Translations under genes and position numbers: made by a program
Shown: piece by piece, positions 1-9,625 of the stretch
How the letters are laid out: each line of letters starts with the position of its first letter
Numbering within the stretch: position 1 is the stretch's first letter
The notes under the pieces: model-generated
The model's database searches: none
What the model was told of the DNA's origin: nothing
The model's input: only the letters and a program-made list of their open reading frames with translations
Origin: a virus
Taxonomy: Duplodnaviria; Caudoviricetes
Length of the DNA: 54,916 nucleotides
IMG/VR virus record: IMGVR_UViG_3300044580_000572
Span: 1 to 54,916 of that record
Strand: one strand, 5' to 3'

Positions 1-351
1 GTGCCTCAACGCCAGATTCCGCTGTATCGCTACGACGGCGCCTTGATCGATTGGATCTCCCCGAAGCGCGCCGAGAGACTGTCCAACATCGGTCGCGCAA
101 ATCTTGTCCGCCATAAGAAGGGCACGATCAACCGCGTCATCTTGCACCGCGCCCCCAACGAGCCGGCGCCCATGAAGAACAGCGACTTCATGGGCAAGCC
201 GTACTCGTACCGGCAACACCTCGACGCCGGCCATCGCTGCTGGCGGTTGAAGTCGCTCGCGGGCGACCGAAGCGAGACCAACCTTGCGCCGGAAGAAGTA
301 CGTCCGATCTTCCTACGCGTGTTGCTGGACTGTCTGGAGCCAGCGGCGTGA
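1..351 (+). CDS. Hypothetical phage protein, 116 aa
   Basis: GTG-start ORF with coding-like composition; no recognised motif. Confidence 0.6.
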   Translation: MPQRQIPLYRYDGALIDWISPKRAERLSNIGRANLVRHKKGTINRVILHRAPNEPAPMKNSDFMGKPYSYRQHLDAGHRCWRLKSLAGDRSETNLAPEEVRPIFLRVLLDCLEPAA

Positions 352-361
352 GCCGCGACCT

Positions 362-449
362 ATCTGGCGAATTTCGCCAGATGCACAGCAAGTCTGGGTC
401 CTTCCTGGGGCTTTCGGCGGTGGGTTGATGGATGGCACGATTTCGCCAG
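362..449 (+). promoter_or_regulatory. Putative cos (packaging initiation) region
   Basis: Perfect inverted repeat ATCTGGCGAA-T-TTCGCCAGAT (362-382); GGGTCCT identical to lambda cosQ (396-402); second ATTTCGCCAG copy at 440-449; upstream of a GpA-type terminase operon. Confidence 0.45.
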
Positions 450-502
450 CGTCACGGGCTACGGAAGGTTGTTGGTTGTCAGTTGTCACCCTGGAGTGCA
501 GA

Positions 503-2089
503 TTGACAGACGCGCGCATCACACCGGCGATGGCCAAGCGCATTGAGCTGTGGCCCATCGAGCGGCTCGTGGCCTACTCGCGAAACGCGCGCACGCACTC
601 GGCCGAGCAGGTCGCGCAGATCGCGGCGTCAATTGTCGAATTCGGCTTCACGAACCCGATCCTGGTGGACTCGAAGGACGGGATCGTCGCGGGTCATGGG
701 CGTCTCTTGGCTGCGCGCAGGCTCAGCCTGGCCGAGGTGCCGGTGATCGTGCTGGATCATCTCAGCGAGACGCAGCGGCGGGCCTATGTCTTGGCGGACA
801 ACCGGTTGGCACTCAGTGCCGGGTGGGATGAACAAGTGCTTGCCGCGGAACTGGCTGCCCTCGAAGGCGATGGGTTCGATCTGGGTCTGATCGGCTTCAC
901 CGAGCACGAACTGGCTGATCTGATGGCTGAGCCGGACGCGGCGCCTGCAACCGTCGCGGAGGAGGAAGCACCGCTACCGCCGGCGCAGGCGGTGACCAGG
1001 CCCGGCGACCTGTGGCTCATCGGACGCCACCGGATTGCCTGCGGCGACTGCCGGGACGCCTCCGTGGTGGCCAGGCTGTTTGAAGGCCGACAGGCCAACG
1101 TTGTGGTGACCTCGCCCCCGTACGCTACGCGACGTGAGTACGATCCCGCGAGTGGCTTCCGTCCGGTGGCCCCCGAGGATTACGTCGAGTGGTTCCGCGA
1201 CGTGGCGGCCGCCGTTGCTTCGCTGCTCGCCGGCGACGGTTCCTACTTCCTGAACATCAAGGAGCACGCTGACGATGGGCAGCGCAGCCTGTACGTAAAG
1301 GACCTGACGCTTGCGCACGTCCGCCAGTGGGGCTGGCGGCTCGTCGACGAGCTCTGCTGGAGGAAAACCGACGACGGTGTGCCGGGCGGCTGGAACAACC
1401 GCTTCAAGAACGCCTGGGAGCCGATCTTTCACTTCTGCCGGCAGGCGGACATCAAGTTTCATCCGTACGCAGTGGGCCATCGCTCGGAAGATTGTTTCGA
1501 CTACTCGCCGGACAACCCGAAGTCGACTTCCGGGAGCGGGCTGCTGGGGACCGGGCCGCGTGGAGCGTCTGCCTCCTTGCCTCCGCAGGGATCACAGGAA
1601 TGGGGTCACATGCGGCGCAAGCTGATGGACGGGCGCCACGCAGGTATGGCACGCCCATCAAACGTCATCGAGGCCAAGACCGAGTCGAGCCAGGGATCCC
1701 ATTCCGCGCCATTTCCGCGGGCGGTGCCGGAGTTCTTCATCAAGGCGTTCTCGGACCCTGGCGACGTGGTTTTCGATCCGTTCCTCGGCAGCGGAACCAC
1801 GCTGGTGGCGGCGGGCGCGCTGGATCGCGCAGGCTACGGTGTCGAAATCAGCCCGGGCTACTGCGACGTGATCCTCCGGCGTGCGTTGGACGCCTTCGGC
1901 ATTGCGCCCACGCTGGCGGAGACTGGCCAGACCTTCATCGAAGTTGCTCGCGCGCGTGAGGTGTCGCTGGATGCGGCGGCCGACCTGCGCACTGTGGATT
2001 CCAAATCGATTCGCCGCAAGCCCAACGGTATGCCGTGCTACGGCCCGCAGCGAAAGGCGCGCGAGGCCATAACGCAAACAGTTCAGTAG
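503..2089 (+). CDS. ParB-like N-terminal domain fused to a beta-class DNA methyltransferase (SPPY; N4-C or N6-A)
   Basis: RNARTHS...FGFTNPILVD...AGHGRLLAA (ParB); TSPPY motif IV; DPFLGSGTT motif I. Start is TTG 503 (GGAG at 493-496) or ATG 530. Confidence 0.9.
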   Translation: MTDARITPAMAKRIELWPIERLVAYSRNARTHSAEQVAQIAASIVEFGFTNPILVDSKDGIVAGHGRLLAARRLSLAEVPVIVLDHLSETQRRAYVLADNRLALSAGWDEQVLAAELAALEGDGFDLGLIGFTEHELADLMAEPDAAPATVAEEEAPLPPAQAVTRPGDLWLIGRHRIACGDCRDASVVARLFEGRQANVVVTSPPYATRREYDPASGFRPVAPEDYVEWFRDVAAAVASLLAGDGSYFLNIKEHADDGQRSLYVKDLTLAHVRQWGWRLVDELCWRKTDDGVPGGWNNRFKNAWEPIFHFCRQADIKFHPYAVGHRSEDCFDYSPDNPKSTSGSGLLGTGPRGASASLPPQGSQEWGHMRRKLMDGRHAGMARPSNVIEAKTESSQGSHSAPFPRAVPEFFIKAFSDPGDVVFDPFLGSGTTLVAAGALDRAGYGVEISPGYCDVILRRALDAFGIAPTLAETGQTFIEVARAREVSLDAAADLRTVDSKSIRRKPNGMPCYGPQRKAREAITQTVQ

Positions 2090-2117
2090 TTCAATCCCTT
2101 CGAAGGAGAAAACAACC

Positions 2118-2576
2118 ATGCCCCAAGTAGCAACTCCCAACCAGGCCGAACGCGAGTTCGAGACCGGGACGGACGAGTTCTTCAAGAATCAGGCCCAGGT
2201 CAACGCCGGCTACGGCAATGTCCTGTTCGCCAACATCAAGCGGACGTATGACGAGTACCAGCAAGAGTCGCTGGAGTCGATCAAGCGCAACCGCTCCATC
2301 GTCGACAAACTGGTCTCCGATGCCCAGCAGTACGACAACCAGCGCCAGGTGATCGCCAACCAGGCGCTGCAGAACGCCGTCGAGACCGCCAACATGGTCA
2401 GCAAGCAGGCCGTGCGGCATTCCGACATCGCCATCGACGGCCAGTGGAATCCTGTGCAGCAGGGCGCCGGAGACACTCTGACCGCCCGCGCGGTCTCCAT
2501 CGACGACGTTTCGCTGAAGGCCATCGGTGCGGTGGTTGCGGCGGCCGTGGCCGACGCGCTGACCAGGAAAGCCTGA
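2118..2576 (+). CDS. Hypothetical Gln/Asn/Ala-rich helical protein, 152 aa
   Basis: Strong AAGGAG RBS and strongly GC3-biased codons. Confidence 0.8.
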   Translation: MPQVATPNQAEREFETGTDEFFKNQAQVNAGYGNVLFANIKRTYDEYQQESLESIKRNRSIVDKLVSDAQQYDNQRQVIANQALQNAVETANMVSKQAVRHSDIAIDGQWNPVQQGAGDTLTARAVSIDDVSLKAIGAVVAAAVADALTRKA

Positions 2577-2592
2577 CCGTTAAACCATCCCA

Positions 2593-2619
2593 GGCGGGCC
2601 GATCATATGCCGGTCCGCC
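2593..2619 (+). terminator. GC-rich hairpin after the 152-aa gene (processing site or weak terminator)
   Basis: GGCGGGCCG...CGGTCCGCC stem with one G-U pair; no U tract. Confidence 0.3.
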
Positions 2620-2635
2620 CTCAGAGGTCAATCTC

Positions 2636-2911
2636 ATGAAAACACTTCTCGCAATCCTGAAGCTCTTCCCGCTGGTACTCGCGGCTGTGCGCGCCATCGA
2701 GGAGGCCATTCCCCTGCCGGGCCAGGGCAAGAAGAAGCTGGACCTGGTACTCGACATCCTCAAGACGGCCTACGACGGCGGACCGGACCTGGCCAAGGAG
2801 TTCACCTGGGAGAAACTGGTGGCCCTGGTTGTTTCGATGATCACCCGCATCGTGGGTCTCCACAACGAACTGGGGCTCTTCCAGAAGTCCACACAGCCGA
2901 GCGAAGCATGA
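2636..2911 (+). CDS. Small amphipathic/membrane protein, possible holin
   Basis: GAGGT RBS; MKTLLAILKLFPLVLAAV N-terminus; E..PGQGKKK motif reminiscent of LL-H-type holins. Confidence 0.55.
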   Translation: MKTLLAILKLFPLVLAAVRAIEEAIPLPGQGKKKLDLVLDILKTAYDGGPDLAKEFTWEKLVALVVSMITRIVGLHNELGLFQKSTQPSEA

Positions 2912-4164
2912 CGAACCTGCAGGTGGTGCGCTGGCCGGTCGAAAAGCTGATCCCCTACATCCGGAATGCCCGCACGCATAGTGACGAGCAGGTGGCCCAG
3001 ATCGCGGCCTCGATAGCCGAGTTCGGGTTCGTGAATCCTGTTCTCATCGGGCCGGACCACGTGATCATCGCCGGCCACGCCCGCCTGCTGGCTGCTCGAA
3101 AGCTGGGCATGACCGAAGTCCCGGTCATTGTTCTGGACCATCTCAGCGAGGCGCAGCGCCGCGCTCTCGTGATCGCAGACAATCGGCTCGCCCTCAGCGC
3201 CGGATGGGACGAGGAGATGCTGCGCGTGGAGTTGGCGTCGCTGAGGGGGGACGACTTCGACCTTGGCCTCCTCGGCTTCACCGACGACGAGATCAACGAT
3301 CTCCTCGACGTGACGGAGGAGTGTGCCTCCGGCAACACCGATGAGGATGCGGTGCCCGAGACGCCGGAGGCTGCGGTCACGGTGCCCGGGGACGTGTGGA
3401 TCCTGGGCAGCCATAGGGTGCTCTGCGGAGATGCCAAGGTGCTGGCCGACCTCGAGAAGGCCCTTGCCGGCGGCTTGGCCGATATGGTCTTCACCGACCC
3501 GCCGTACAACGTGAACTACGGCGCGACGATGAAGGACAAGCTGCGAGGAAAGCAACGGGCTATTCGGAACGACAATTTGGGCGAAGACTTCGCTCAGTTC
3601 CTTCGCGATGCCTGCACCAACATTCTGGCTGTAACCAAGGGCGCCGTGTACATCTGCATGTCCTCCTCGGAACTTCACACGCTACAGACGGCTTTCCGCG
3701 AGGCCGGCGGCCACTGGTCGACCTTCATCATCTGGGCGAAGAACACGTTCACCATGGGCCGGGCGGATTATCAGCGGCAGTACGAGCCGATCCTGTACGG
3801 CTGGAAGGAAGGCACGCAGCACTTCTGGTGCGGGGCACGCGACCAGGGTGACGTCTGGTTCGTGAACAAGCCGGTCTCCAATGACCTGCACCCCACAATG
3901 AAACCCGTGGATTTGATCGAACGGGGGATCCGCAACTCTAGCAAGAGCCGCGACACGGTGCTGGATCCGTTCGGCGGCTCCGGCTCGACGCTGATCGCCT
4001 GCGAGAAGACGGGGCGCCAGGCGCGGCTGCTCGAACTGGAGCCGAAGTACTGCGACGTTACGGTCCAGCGGTGGCAGTCCTTTGCAGGCCGACAAGCCGT
4101 GTTGGAAGGAGATGGCCGAATCTTCGCCGACATCGGCGCTGAGCGCCAACCAGTTGCAGCGTGA
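2908..4164 (+). CDS. ParB-like domain fused to an N6-adenine DNA methyltransferase (beta class)
   Basis: ParB N-terminus; FTDPPYNV motif IV; HPTMKPV; DPFGGSGSTLIA motif I. Confidence 0.93.
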   Translation: MTNLQVVRWPVEKLIPYIRNARTHSDEQVAQIAASIAEFGFVNPVLIGPDHVIIAGHARLLAARKLGMTEVPVIVLDHLSEAQRRALVIADNRLALSAGWDEEMLRVELASLRGDDFDLGLLGFTDDEINDLLDVTEECASGNTDEDAVPETPEAAVTVPGDVWILGSHRVLCGDAKVLADLEKALAGGLADMVFTDPPYNVNYGATMKDKLRGKQRAIRNDNLGEDFAQFLRDACTNILAVTKGAVYICMSSSELHTLQTAFREAGGHWSTFIIWAKNTFTMGRADYQRQYEPILYGWKEGTQHFWCGARDQGDVWFVNKPVSNDLHPTMKPVDLIERGIRNSSKSRDTVLDPFGGSGSTLIACEKTGRQARLLELEPKYCDVTVQRWQSFAGRQAVLEGDGRIFADIGAERQPVAA

Positions 4165-4300
4165 CATCGATCACTGCTGCCTGGAGATTGCCGAAGTGGA
4201 GCGGTTGCTACGAGCTGGACACCCAGACGTGCACGGCCTGTGCCTTGCGCTCGCGGACTGGTCGGCCGAGTTGAGAATCCTTGAGCGAGAAAGCCGGTGA
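4154..4300 (+). CDS. Small hypothetical protein, 48 aa
   Basis: TTG start overlapping the MTase end; stop overlaps the next start. Confidence 0.45.
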   Translation: MQRDIDHCCLEIAEVERLLRAGHPDVHGLCLALADWSAELRILERESR

Positions 4301-4557
4301 TGGAAGAGAAACTCCTCGGAATGCTCGTGCCCGGAATCGGGTTGATCTCCGGATTGATCGCCACTTACGTCAGCCTTCAAAACCGGGCCCTACTGGCCGA
4401 GGTGCGCAAGGAACTTGCCGAACTGGAGAACCGCATCATCACCCGGATTAACGGCACTTACGTGCGTGGGTCGGAATGTCAACTACGCGAAGCCCTCATT
4501 CAGGAACGGCTGGATGCGTTAATCGAAGCGAGGAACAGAGACGCCGCCGGCGGGTGA
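4297..4557 (+). CDS. Single-TM plus coiled-coil protein, possible holin/antiholin
   Basis: Hydrophobic N-terminal segment LLGMLVPGIGLISGLIATYV followed by heptad-like sequence. Confidence 0.6.
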   Translation: MMEEKLLGMLVPGIGLISGLIATYVSLQNRALLAEVRKELAELENRIITRINGTYVRGSECQLREALIQERLDALIEARNRDAAGG

Positions 4558-4568
4558 GGCCGGCGGCG
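4542..4568 (-). terminator. Hairpin terminator between convergent genes
   Basis: Perfect 10-bp stem CGCCGCCGGC/GCCGGCGGCG with 7-nt loop, followed by UCUCUGUU on the minus strand. Confidence 0.55.
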
Positions 4569-4589
4569 GTGGTAGCGGCGGGACGTGTG

Positions 4590-5144
4590 CTACTCGGAGG
4601 CGAGGCGGTAGGCGCGGGCGCCTTCGGGCGTTTTGAGGGATTCGACGGTGAGACCCATCTTCTTGCCGAGGCCGCCGGAGATGAAGCCGCGCACGCTGTG
4701 GGCCTGCCAGCCGGTGGCCTCCATAATGTTGGCGAGCGTGGCGCCCTCGGGTCGCCGGAGCAGATCGAGGACTTGGGCCTTCTTGCTACCCTCGCGTGCC
4801 GTGGGCGCACCGGAGTCGCGGGTGGCGCCCTTGGTTGCCTTGGCCTTCTTCGGGGCGACGGGGGCCGCCTGTGGCGCGGGGGAAGGCGTCAGGGCCTGGA
4901 TGGCCTTCCAGATTCGGCTGGCCGCCGTCTTGCGGTCCGTGAACTTCTTGACCGCCTTGAGATCGTCGAAGGGCACCACGCCTGCGAAGGCGTTCCAGAC
5001 CTCGACGAACCGTGAGATGGGCCAGTCGGAGGAGAGCTTGGCGAACTCCTTCTCGGTGGCAAAACGCTCCTGGCCTTCCGGCACCTGTTCGGCGGCGGCG
5101 AAGGCTGTGATGTTGCTGTCGTTGTCGATTGTGAAAGTGGTCAT
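4590..5144 (-). CDS. DUF3489 family protein (wHTH-like)
   Basis: C-terminal REGSKKAQVLDLLRRPEGAT...TGWQAHSVRGFISG signature; AAGGAG RBS. Confidence 0.88.
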   Translation of the reverse strand: MTTFTIDNDSNITAFAAAEQVPEGQERFATEKEFAKLSSDWPISRFVEVWNAFAGVVPFDDLKAVKKFTDRKTAASRIWKAIQALTPSPAPQAAPVAPKKAKATKGATRDSGAPTAREGSKKAQVLDLLRRPEGATLANIMEATGWQAHSVRGFISGGLGKKMGLTVESLKTPEGARAYRLASE

Positions 5145-5165
5145 TTCTGTTCTCCTTGTCGTTGG

Positions 5166-5420
5166 TTAGTAATCCAATCCCTTTGCGTCGACCGCACTGC
5201 GGTCGCCAAGGGAGGCGAGTACGTAAGCCAGTTCTTCCGTGACGCGGCCGAGGTCGCCGGGGTAGCCCCAGTTGGCGGGTTCCTGTGCCTGGTCCTTCTT
5301 GTGCTGCTCCAGGCGGCTGCCGATGCGCTTCAGCAGGTCCTGGCATTCGGCGTGGCGCTCCGCGTAGCAGGTGGCGGCGGTCTGTTTGGTTTTGGTGGCT
5401 TGTCTCTTGGTGTTCCTCAT
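5166..5420 (-). CDS. Small hypothetical protein co-transcribed with DUF3489
   Basis: Plausible helical protein (NWGYPGDL); the 5' part of the listed 5166-5942 ORF is antisense shadow of terS. Confidence 0.65.
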   Translation of the reverse strand: MRNTKRQATKTKQTAATCYAERHAECQDLLKRIGSRLEQHKKDQAQEPANWGYPGDLGRVTEELAYVLASLGDRSAVDAKGLDY

Positions 5421-5492
5421 TGCGAACCCATTCATCACTTCGTTCGCGATTAGAAGCAAGCGGAATCTGCGAGTGAATCGCCAGAAAGTTCG

Positions 5493-6005
5493 ATGCCGGT
5501 CCTGAGCCTGCGCGCTTATGCCAAACACCGCGGCGTGAGCCTGACCGCTGTGCAAAAGGCGATCCATTCTGGCCGGATTTCGACCACCGCGGACGGAAAG
5601 ATTGACAGTGATCGGGCGGATACCGAATGGAAGGCGAAGACGCGGCCAGGGCAGCGACGGGCACCCCGTGCAACTCAGGCAGCGCCTCTGCCGGACCCCA
5701 TCCGCACGGAGCCTGTCGGTGCCGGCGGTCTCGACTACTTCCGTGCGCGGGCCATCCGGGAGAACTACCTGGCGCGACTGGCCAAGATCGAGTTCGAAGA
5801 GAAGACGGCCAAGCTGGTCAGCCGGGATGAGGTCCAAGTCGCGGCGTTCACCAAGGCCCGCACGGTGCGCGACAACCTGCTGAACATCCCGGATCGCTTG
5901 GCGGCCACGCTCGCCGCTGAGCCCGACGCGGACAAGGTGCACCAGACCCTGACTGGGGAGATTCGAAAGGCGCTCGATGAGCTTGCCGGTGCAAACGGCG
6001 ACTGA
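5493..6005 (+). CDS. terS: Terminase small subunit (Nu1-like)
   Basis: N-terminal HTH (SLRAYAKHRGVSLTAVQKAI); coiled coil and LV...EV motif; directly upstream of terL. Confidence 0.85.
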   Translation: MPVLSLRAYAKHRGVSLTAVQKAIHSGRISTTADGKIDSDRADTEWKAKTRPGQRRAPRATQAAPLPDPIRTEPVGAGGLDYFRARAIRENYLARLAKIEFEEKTAKLVSRDEVQVAAFTKARTVRDNLLNIPDRLAATLAAEPDADKVHQTLTGEIRKALDELAGANGD

Positions 6006-7881
6006 GGTCTACGACGAAGCGTTCCAGGCGGGACTGAAACCCGACCCGTTGCTGACGATCTCGGAGTGGGCGGATCGCTACCGCCGTCTTTCGGGGCGCG
6101 CGGCGGCCGAGCCGGGACCGTGGCGCACGGGCCGCACGCCCTACCTGCGAGAGATCATGGATTGCCTCTCGCCCTCCTCGCCGGTTGAGCGCGTGGTGTT
6201 CATGAAGGGAAGTCAGATCGGTGGGACCGAGTGCGGGAACAACTGGGTCGGCTACGTGATCCACAAGTCACCTGGGCCGATGATGGTCGTGCAGCCCACG
6301 GTCGAGCTAGCCAAGCGGAACTCCAAGCAGCGAATCGACCCGCTCATTGAAGAGAGCGACGTACTGCGGGAGCTGGTGAAAAGCCCGCGATCCCGCGACT
6401 CGGGCAACACCGTTCTGTCCAAGGAGTTCCCCGGAGGTGTGTTGGTGATGACCGGGGCGAACAGCGCCGTGGGCTTGCGCTCGATGGCCGTCCGGTACCT
6501 ATTCCTGGACGAGATCGACGCCTACCCGGGTGACGTCGATGGTGAGGGCGACCCGATCAACCTGGCCTTCGCCCGCACCCGCACCTTCTCGCGGCGCAAG
6601 GTGTTCATGTGCTCCACGCCGCTGGTGACTGGGCTGAGCCGGATCGAGGCGGCGTTTGCGGAGAGCGACCAGCGCCGCTACTGGCTGCCGTGCCCCCACT
6701 GCGGCGAGTTCCAGGTGCTGAAGTTCGAGCGGCTGCGGTGGCCCAAGGGCGAGCCCCAGAAGGCCGCATATCATTGCATCGCATGCGAACAGGCCATCTT
6801 CAATCACCAGAAGAACGGCATGCTCGCGCGCGGTGAGTGGCGGCCGGAAGCAGAGGGCGATGGCCGCACGCGGGGCTATCATCTGTCGAGCCTCTACAGT
6901 CCGGTCGGCTGGTATGGATGGGAGCGCGCTGCGGACGACTGGGAGAAGGCGCAGAAGGACGTCGAGCGGCTGAAGTCGTTCGTCAATCTGGTGCTGGGCG
7001 AGTCCTGGCAGGAACGCGGCGACGCGCCGGACTGGCAACCTCTCTACGACCGGCGCGAAGACTATCCGGTCGGCACTGTGCCGCGAGGTGGCCTGTTTCT
7101 CACGGCGGGCGCCGACGTCCACCCCAACCGCATTGAGGTGGAGGTGGTGGCCTGGGGCCGCGGCAAGGAGTCCTGGTCGGTCGATTATCGGGTGTTCATG
7201 GGCGACACAGCGCGGGCTGAGGTCTGGCGGCAGCTCGACGCACTGTTGGATGAAGAGTTTCCGCACGCAAGCGGCCTGCGCATGCCGATCCGGGTGCTGT
7301 GCGTGGATTCCGGGTATAACCCGCGCATCACCTACGACTGGGTGCGCGGCCATCCGCAGGCATCCTGGGGGCCGGCCGGCGCTCGCGCTCAGCACCCGAA
7401 GACAGCGGTGGCCGTTAAGGGCACGGCCCGGACGGACCGGCTCATTCTGGGCGCCTCGCCGGTGGATGCGAGCAAGCGGCGCGGTACACGTCTGTGGACG
7501 CTTGGCACACCGGTGGCGAAGTCGGAACTCTACAGCCGTCTGCGTCTGGCGCCTCCGACTCAGGAGAGCGGCGAGCCGTTCCCGGCGGGCTACTGTCATT
7601 TCCCACGGTATGAGGAAGACTACTTCCGGCAGTTGACCTCGGAGAGCTTCATCAAGGGCCAGTGGGTGCTGGGACCAAACCGCAGGAATGAGTCACTCGA
7701 CGCGAGGGTTTATTCGCGCGGCGCAGCCTCTATCTACGGCATTGACCGCTTTTCGGAGCGTCACTGGCGGGAACTTGAGGCGATGCTGCCGGCCACGCCG
7801 GCACAGCCGGAGTCGATGGCCGCGCCTGCGACGCGCACCGCGCGGCGCGTTACGGTCAGCTCGAACTGGATGCAGCGATGA
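5977..7881 (+). CDS. terL: Terminase large subunit, GpA family
   Basis: W...RTPY; KGSQIGGTE Walker A variant; LFLDEID Walker B; CPHC zinc motif; AGADV nuclease motif; NESLD. Confidence 0.97.
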   Translation: MSLPVQTATEVYDEAFQAGLKPDPLLTISEWADRYRRLSGRAAAEPGPWRTGRTPYLREIMDCLSPSSPVERVVFMKGSQIGGTECGNNWVGYVIHKSPGPMMVVQPTVELAKRNSKQRIDPLIEESDVLRELVKSPRSRDSGNTVLSKEFPGGVLVMTGANSAVGLRSMAVRYLFLDEIDAYPGDVDGEGDPINLAFARTRTFSRRKVFMCSTPLVTGLSRIEAAFAESDQRRYWLPCPHCGEFQVLKFERLRWPKGEPQKAAYHCIACEQAIFNHQKNGMLARGEWRPEAEGDGRTRGYHLSSLYSPVGWYGWERAADDWEKAQKDVERLKSFVNLVLGESWQERGDAPDWQPLYDRREDYPVGTVPRGGLFLTAGADVHPNRIEVEVVAWGRGKESWSVDYRVFMGDTARAEVWRQLDALLDEEFPHASGLRMPIRVLCVDSGYNPRITYDWVRGHPQASWGPAGARAQHPKTAVAVKGTARTDRLILGASPVDASKRRGTRLWTLGTPVAKSELYSRLRLAPPTQESGEPFPAGYCHFPRYEEDYFRQLTSESFIKGQWVLGPNRRNESLDARVYSRGAASIYGIDRFSERHWRELEAMLPATPAQPESMAAPATRTARRVTVSSNWMQR

Positions 7882-8102
7882 CACTTGTGGAACTTGAGGC
7901 GCAAAGAGAGGCATTGCTGGCCGCGCTGAGCGCGCCGGATTCCGTCTCGTTCGGCGACCGATCCATGCGGCACCGGACACCGGAGCAGATTCGCGCGGCG
8001 CTGCAACAGCTCGATGCGGAGATCGCCAAAACGAAAGCGGCCGCGGACTCCACCACGCCGCGCCCGCGGGTCATCCGGATCTACACGGAGAAGGGCTTCT
8101 GA
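7878..8102 (+). CDS. Head-to-tail joining protein (gpW-like)
   Basis: Size and position between terL and portal; V.FGDRS motif. Confidence 0.8.
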   Translation: MTLVELEAQREALLAALSAPDSVSFGDRSMRHRTPEQIRAALQQLDAEIAKTKAAADSTTPRPRVIRIYTEKGF

Positions 8103-9625
8103 TGGGCTACTGGCGGAATCTGATGCGGGCGGCGTTCGTGGCGCCCCTTCGCGCCCTCTCGGGCTACGAGGCCGCCGCCGGCACGCGCCGCACACAGGGC
8201 TGGAATCCTTCGACCGACGGGATTAACGCCCTGGTCACCGGCGGCGGCGAAGCTCTGCGTTCCCGCTCCCGCGACATGGTGCGCCGGAACGCATGGGCCA
8301 GTAACGCCATTGAGAGCTTCGTGGGCAACTGCGTGGGCACCGGCATCAAGCCGCAGTCCCGGCACCCTGACGCGACGGTGAAGCGGCGGCTCCAGGAGCT
8401 CTGGCTGCGCTGGACCGACGAGGCCGATGCCGCCGGTCTCACGGACTTCTACGGGCTCCAGGCCCTGGTGTGCCGCTCCACGGTGGAGGGGGGCGAGTGC
8501 CTGGTGCGTATTCGCGAACGCCGACCCGAGGACGGATTGACGGTTCCGCTACAACTTCAGGTGCTCGAAGCCGAGCACCTGCCGACGGCTAAGAACGAGA
8601 ACCTGGCTAACGGCAACGTCATTCGCGGCGGGATCGAGTTTGATCGGATCGGCCGCCGTGTGGCGTATCATCTCTACCGCGAGCACCCGGGCGAGAGGCT
8701 GATGTTCTTCAACGCGGGGGAAACCACGCGCGTGCCCGCGGATTCCGTGCTGCACGTCTACAAGCCGCTGCGCCCAGGGCAGCACCGCGGGCAACCGTGG
8801 CTCACGCAGGTGCTGGTAAAGCTCCACGAGCTGGATCAGTACGATGACGCCGAACTGGTTCGCAAGAAGCTGGCGGCCATGTTCGCGGCCTTCATCACCG
8901 AGAACAATCCGGAAGACCCCGTCATCGGCAGCAAGCCGGGCGAGGCTGAGACGGATGCGAGCGGCGCGCCGCTGGCCGGCCTCGAGCCTGGATCGATGGT
9001 GAAACTCCTGCCCGGCGAGGATGTGAAGTTCACCGAGCCGGGGGACGTGGGTGGCATGTATACGGAGTTCATGCGCGTTCAGTTGCGCGCGATTGCCGCG
9101 GGCCTTGGGATCACCTACGAGCAGCTTACCGGGGATCTGGAGCGCGTGAACTACTCTTCGATCCGGGCGGGCCTGCTCGAGTTTCGGCGCCGCTGCGAAC
9201 AGTTCCAGCACCAGGTGATGGTGTTCCAGTTTTGCCGCCCGGTGTGGCGGGTCTGGATTGAGGCGGCGGTCTTGGCCGGCGCGATCAACGCCCGCGACTA
9301 CGCGCGGAACAAGGCGCAGTATCTGGACGTCGAGTGGCGGCCGCCGTCCTGGGATTGGGTCGATCCGCTGAAGGACATGAATGCTGAGGTCGTGGCCGTG
9401 CGCGCGGGCTTCAAGGCACGCAGCGCCGTGATCAACGAGATGGGCTACGACGAGGAGGACGTGGACCGGCAGGTTGCCGCCGACAACGCCCGCGCCGACT
9501 CGCTCGGACTGACGTTCGACTCCGACCCGCGCAAGACCACGGCCAACGGGCAGAAGACGGGTTCAACTGACTCAGCGGTGGCGCCCTCCGATCAACCCCA
9601 GGAACAGACCGCGGTAATCCAATGA
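8102..9625 (+). CDS. Portal protein, lambda family
   Basis: LRSRSRDMVRRN; RPGQHRG; YEQLTGD...NYSSIRAG; WVDPLKD. Confidence 0.97.
   Translation: MGYWRNLMRAAFVAPLRALSGYEAAAGTRRTQGWNPSTDGINALVTGGGEALRSRSRDMVRRNAWASNAIESFVGNCVGTGIKPQSRHPDATVKRRLQELWLRWTDEADAAGLTDFYGLQALVCRSTVEGGECLVRIRERRPEDGLTVPLQLQVLEAEHLPTAKNENLANGNVIRGGIEFDRIGRRVAYHLYREHPGERLMFFNAGETTRVPADSVLHVYKPLRPGQHRGQPWLTQVLVKLHELDQYDDAELVRKKLAAMFAAFITENNPEDPVIGSKPGEAETDASGAPLAGLEPGSMVKLLPGEDVKFTEPGDVGGMYTEFMRVQLRAIAAGLGITYEQLTGDLERVNYSSIRAGLLEFRRRCEQFQHQVMVFQFCRPVWRVWIEAAVLAGAINARDYARNKAQYLDVEWRPPSWDWVDPLKDMNAEVVAVRAGFKARSAVINEMGYDEEDVDRQVAADNARADSLGLTFDSDPRKTTANGQKTGSTDSAVAPSDQPQEQTAVIQ

Noticed and set aside
284-502. N-terminal extension of the first methyltransferase as listed in the ORF track
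   Set aside because: Overlaps gene 1 and the cos-like region; ParB homology and the RBS begin at 503-530
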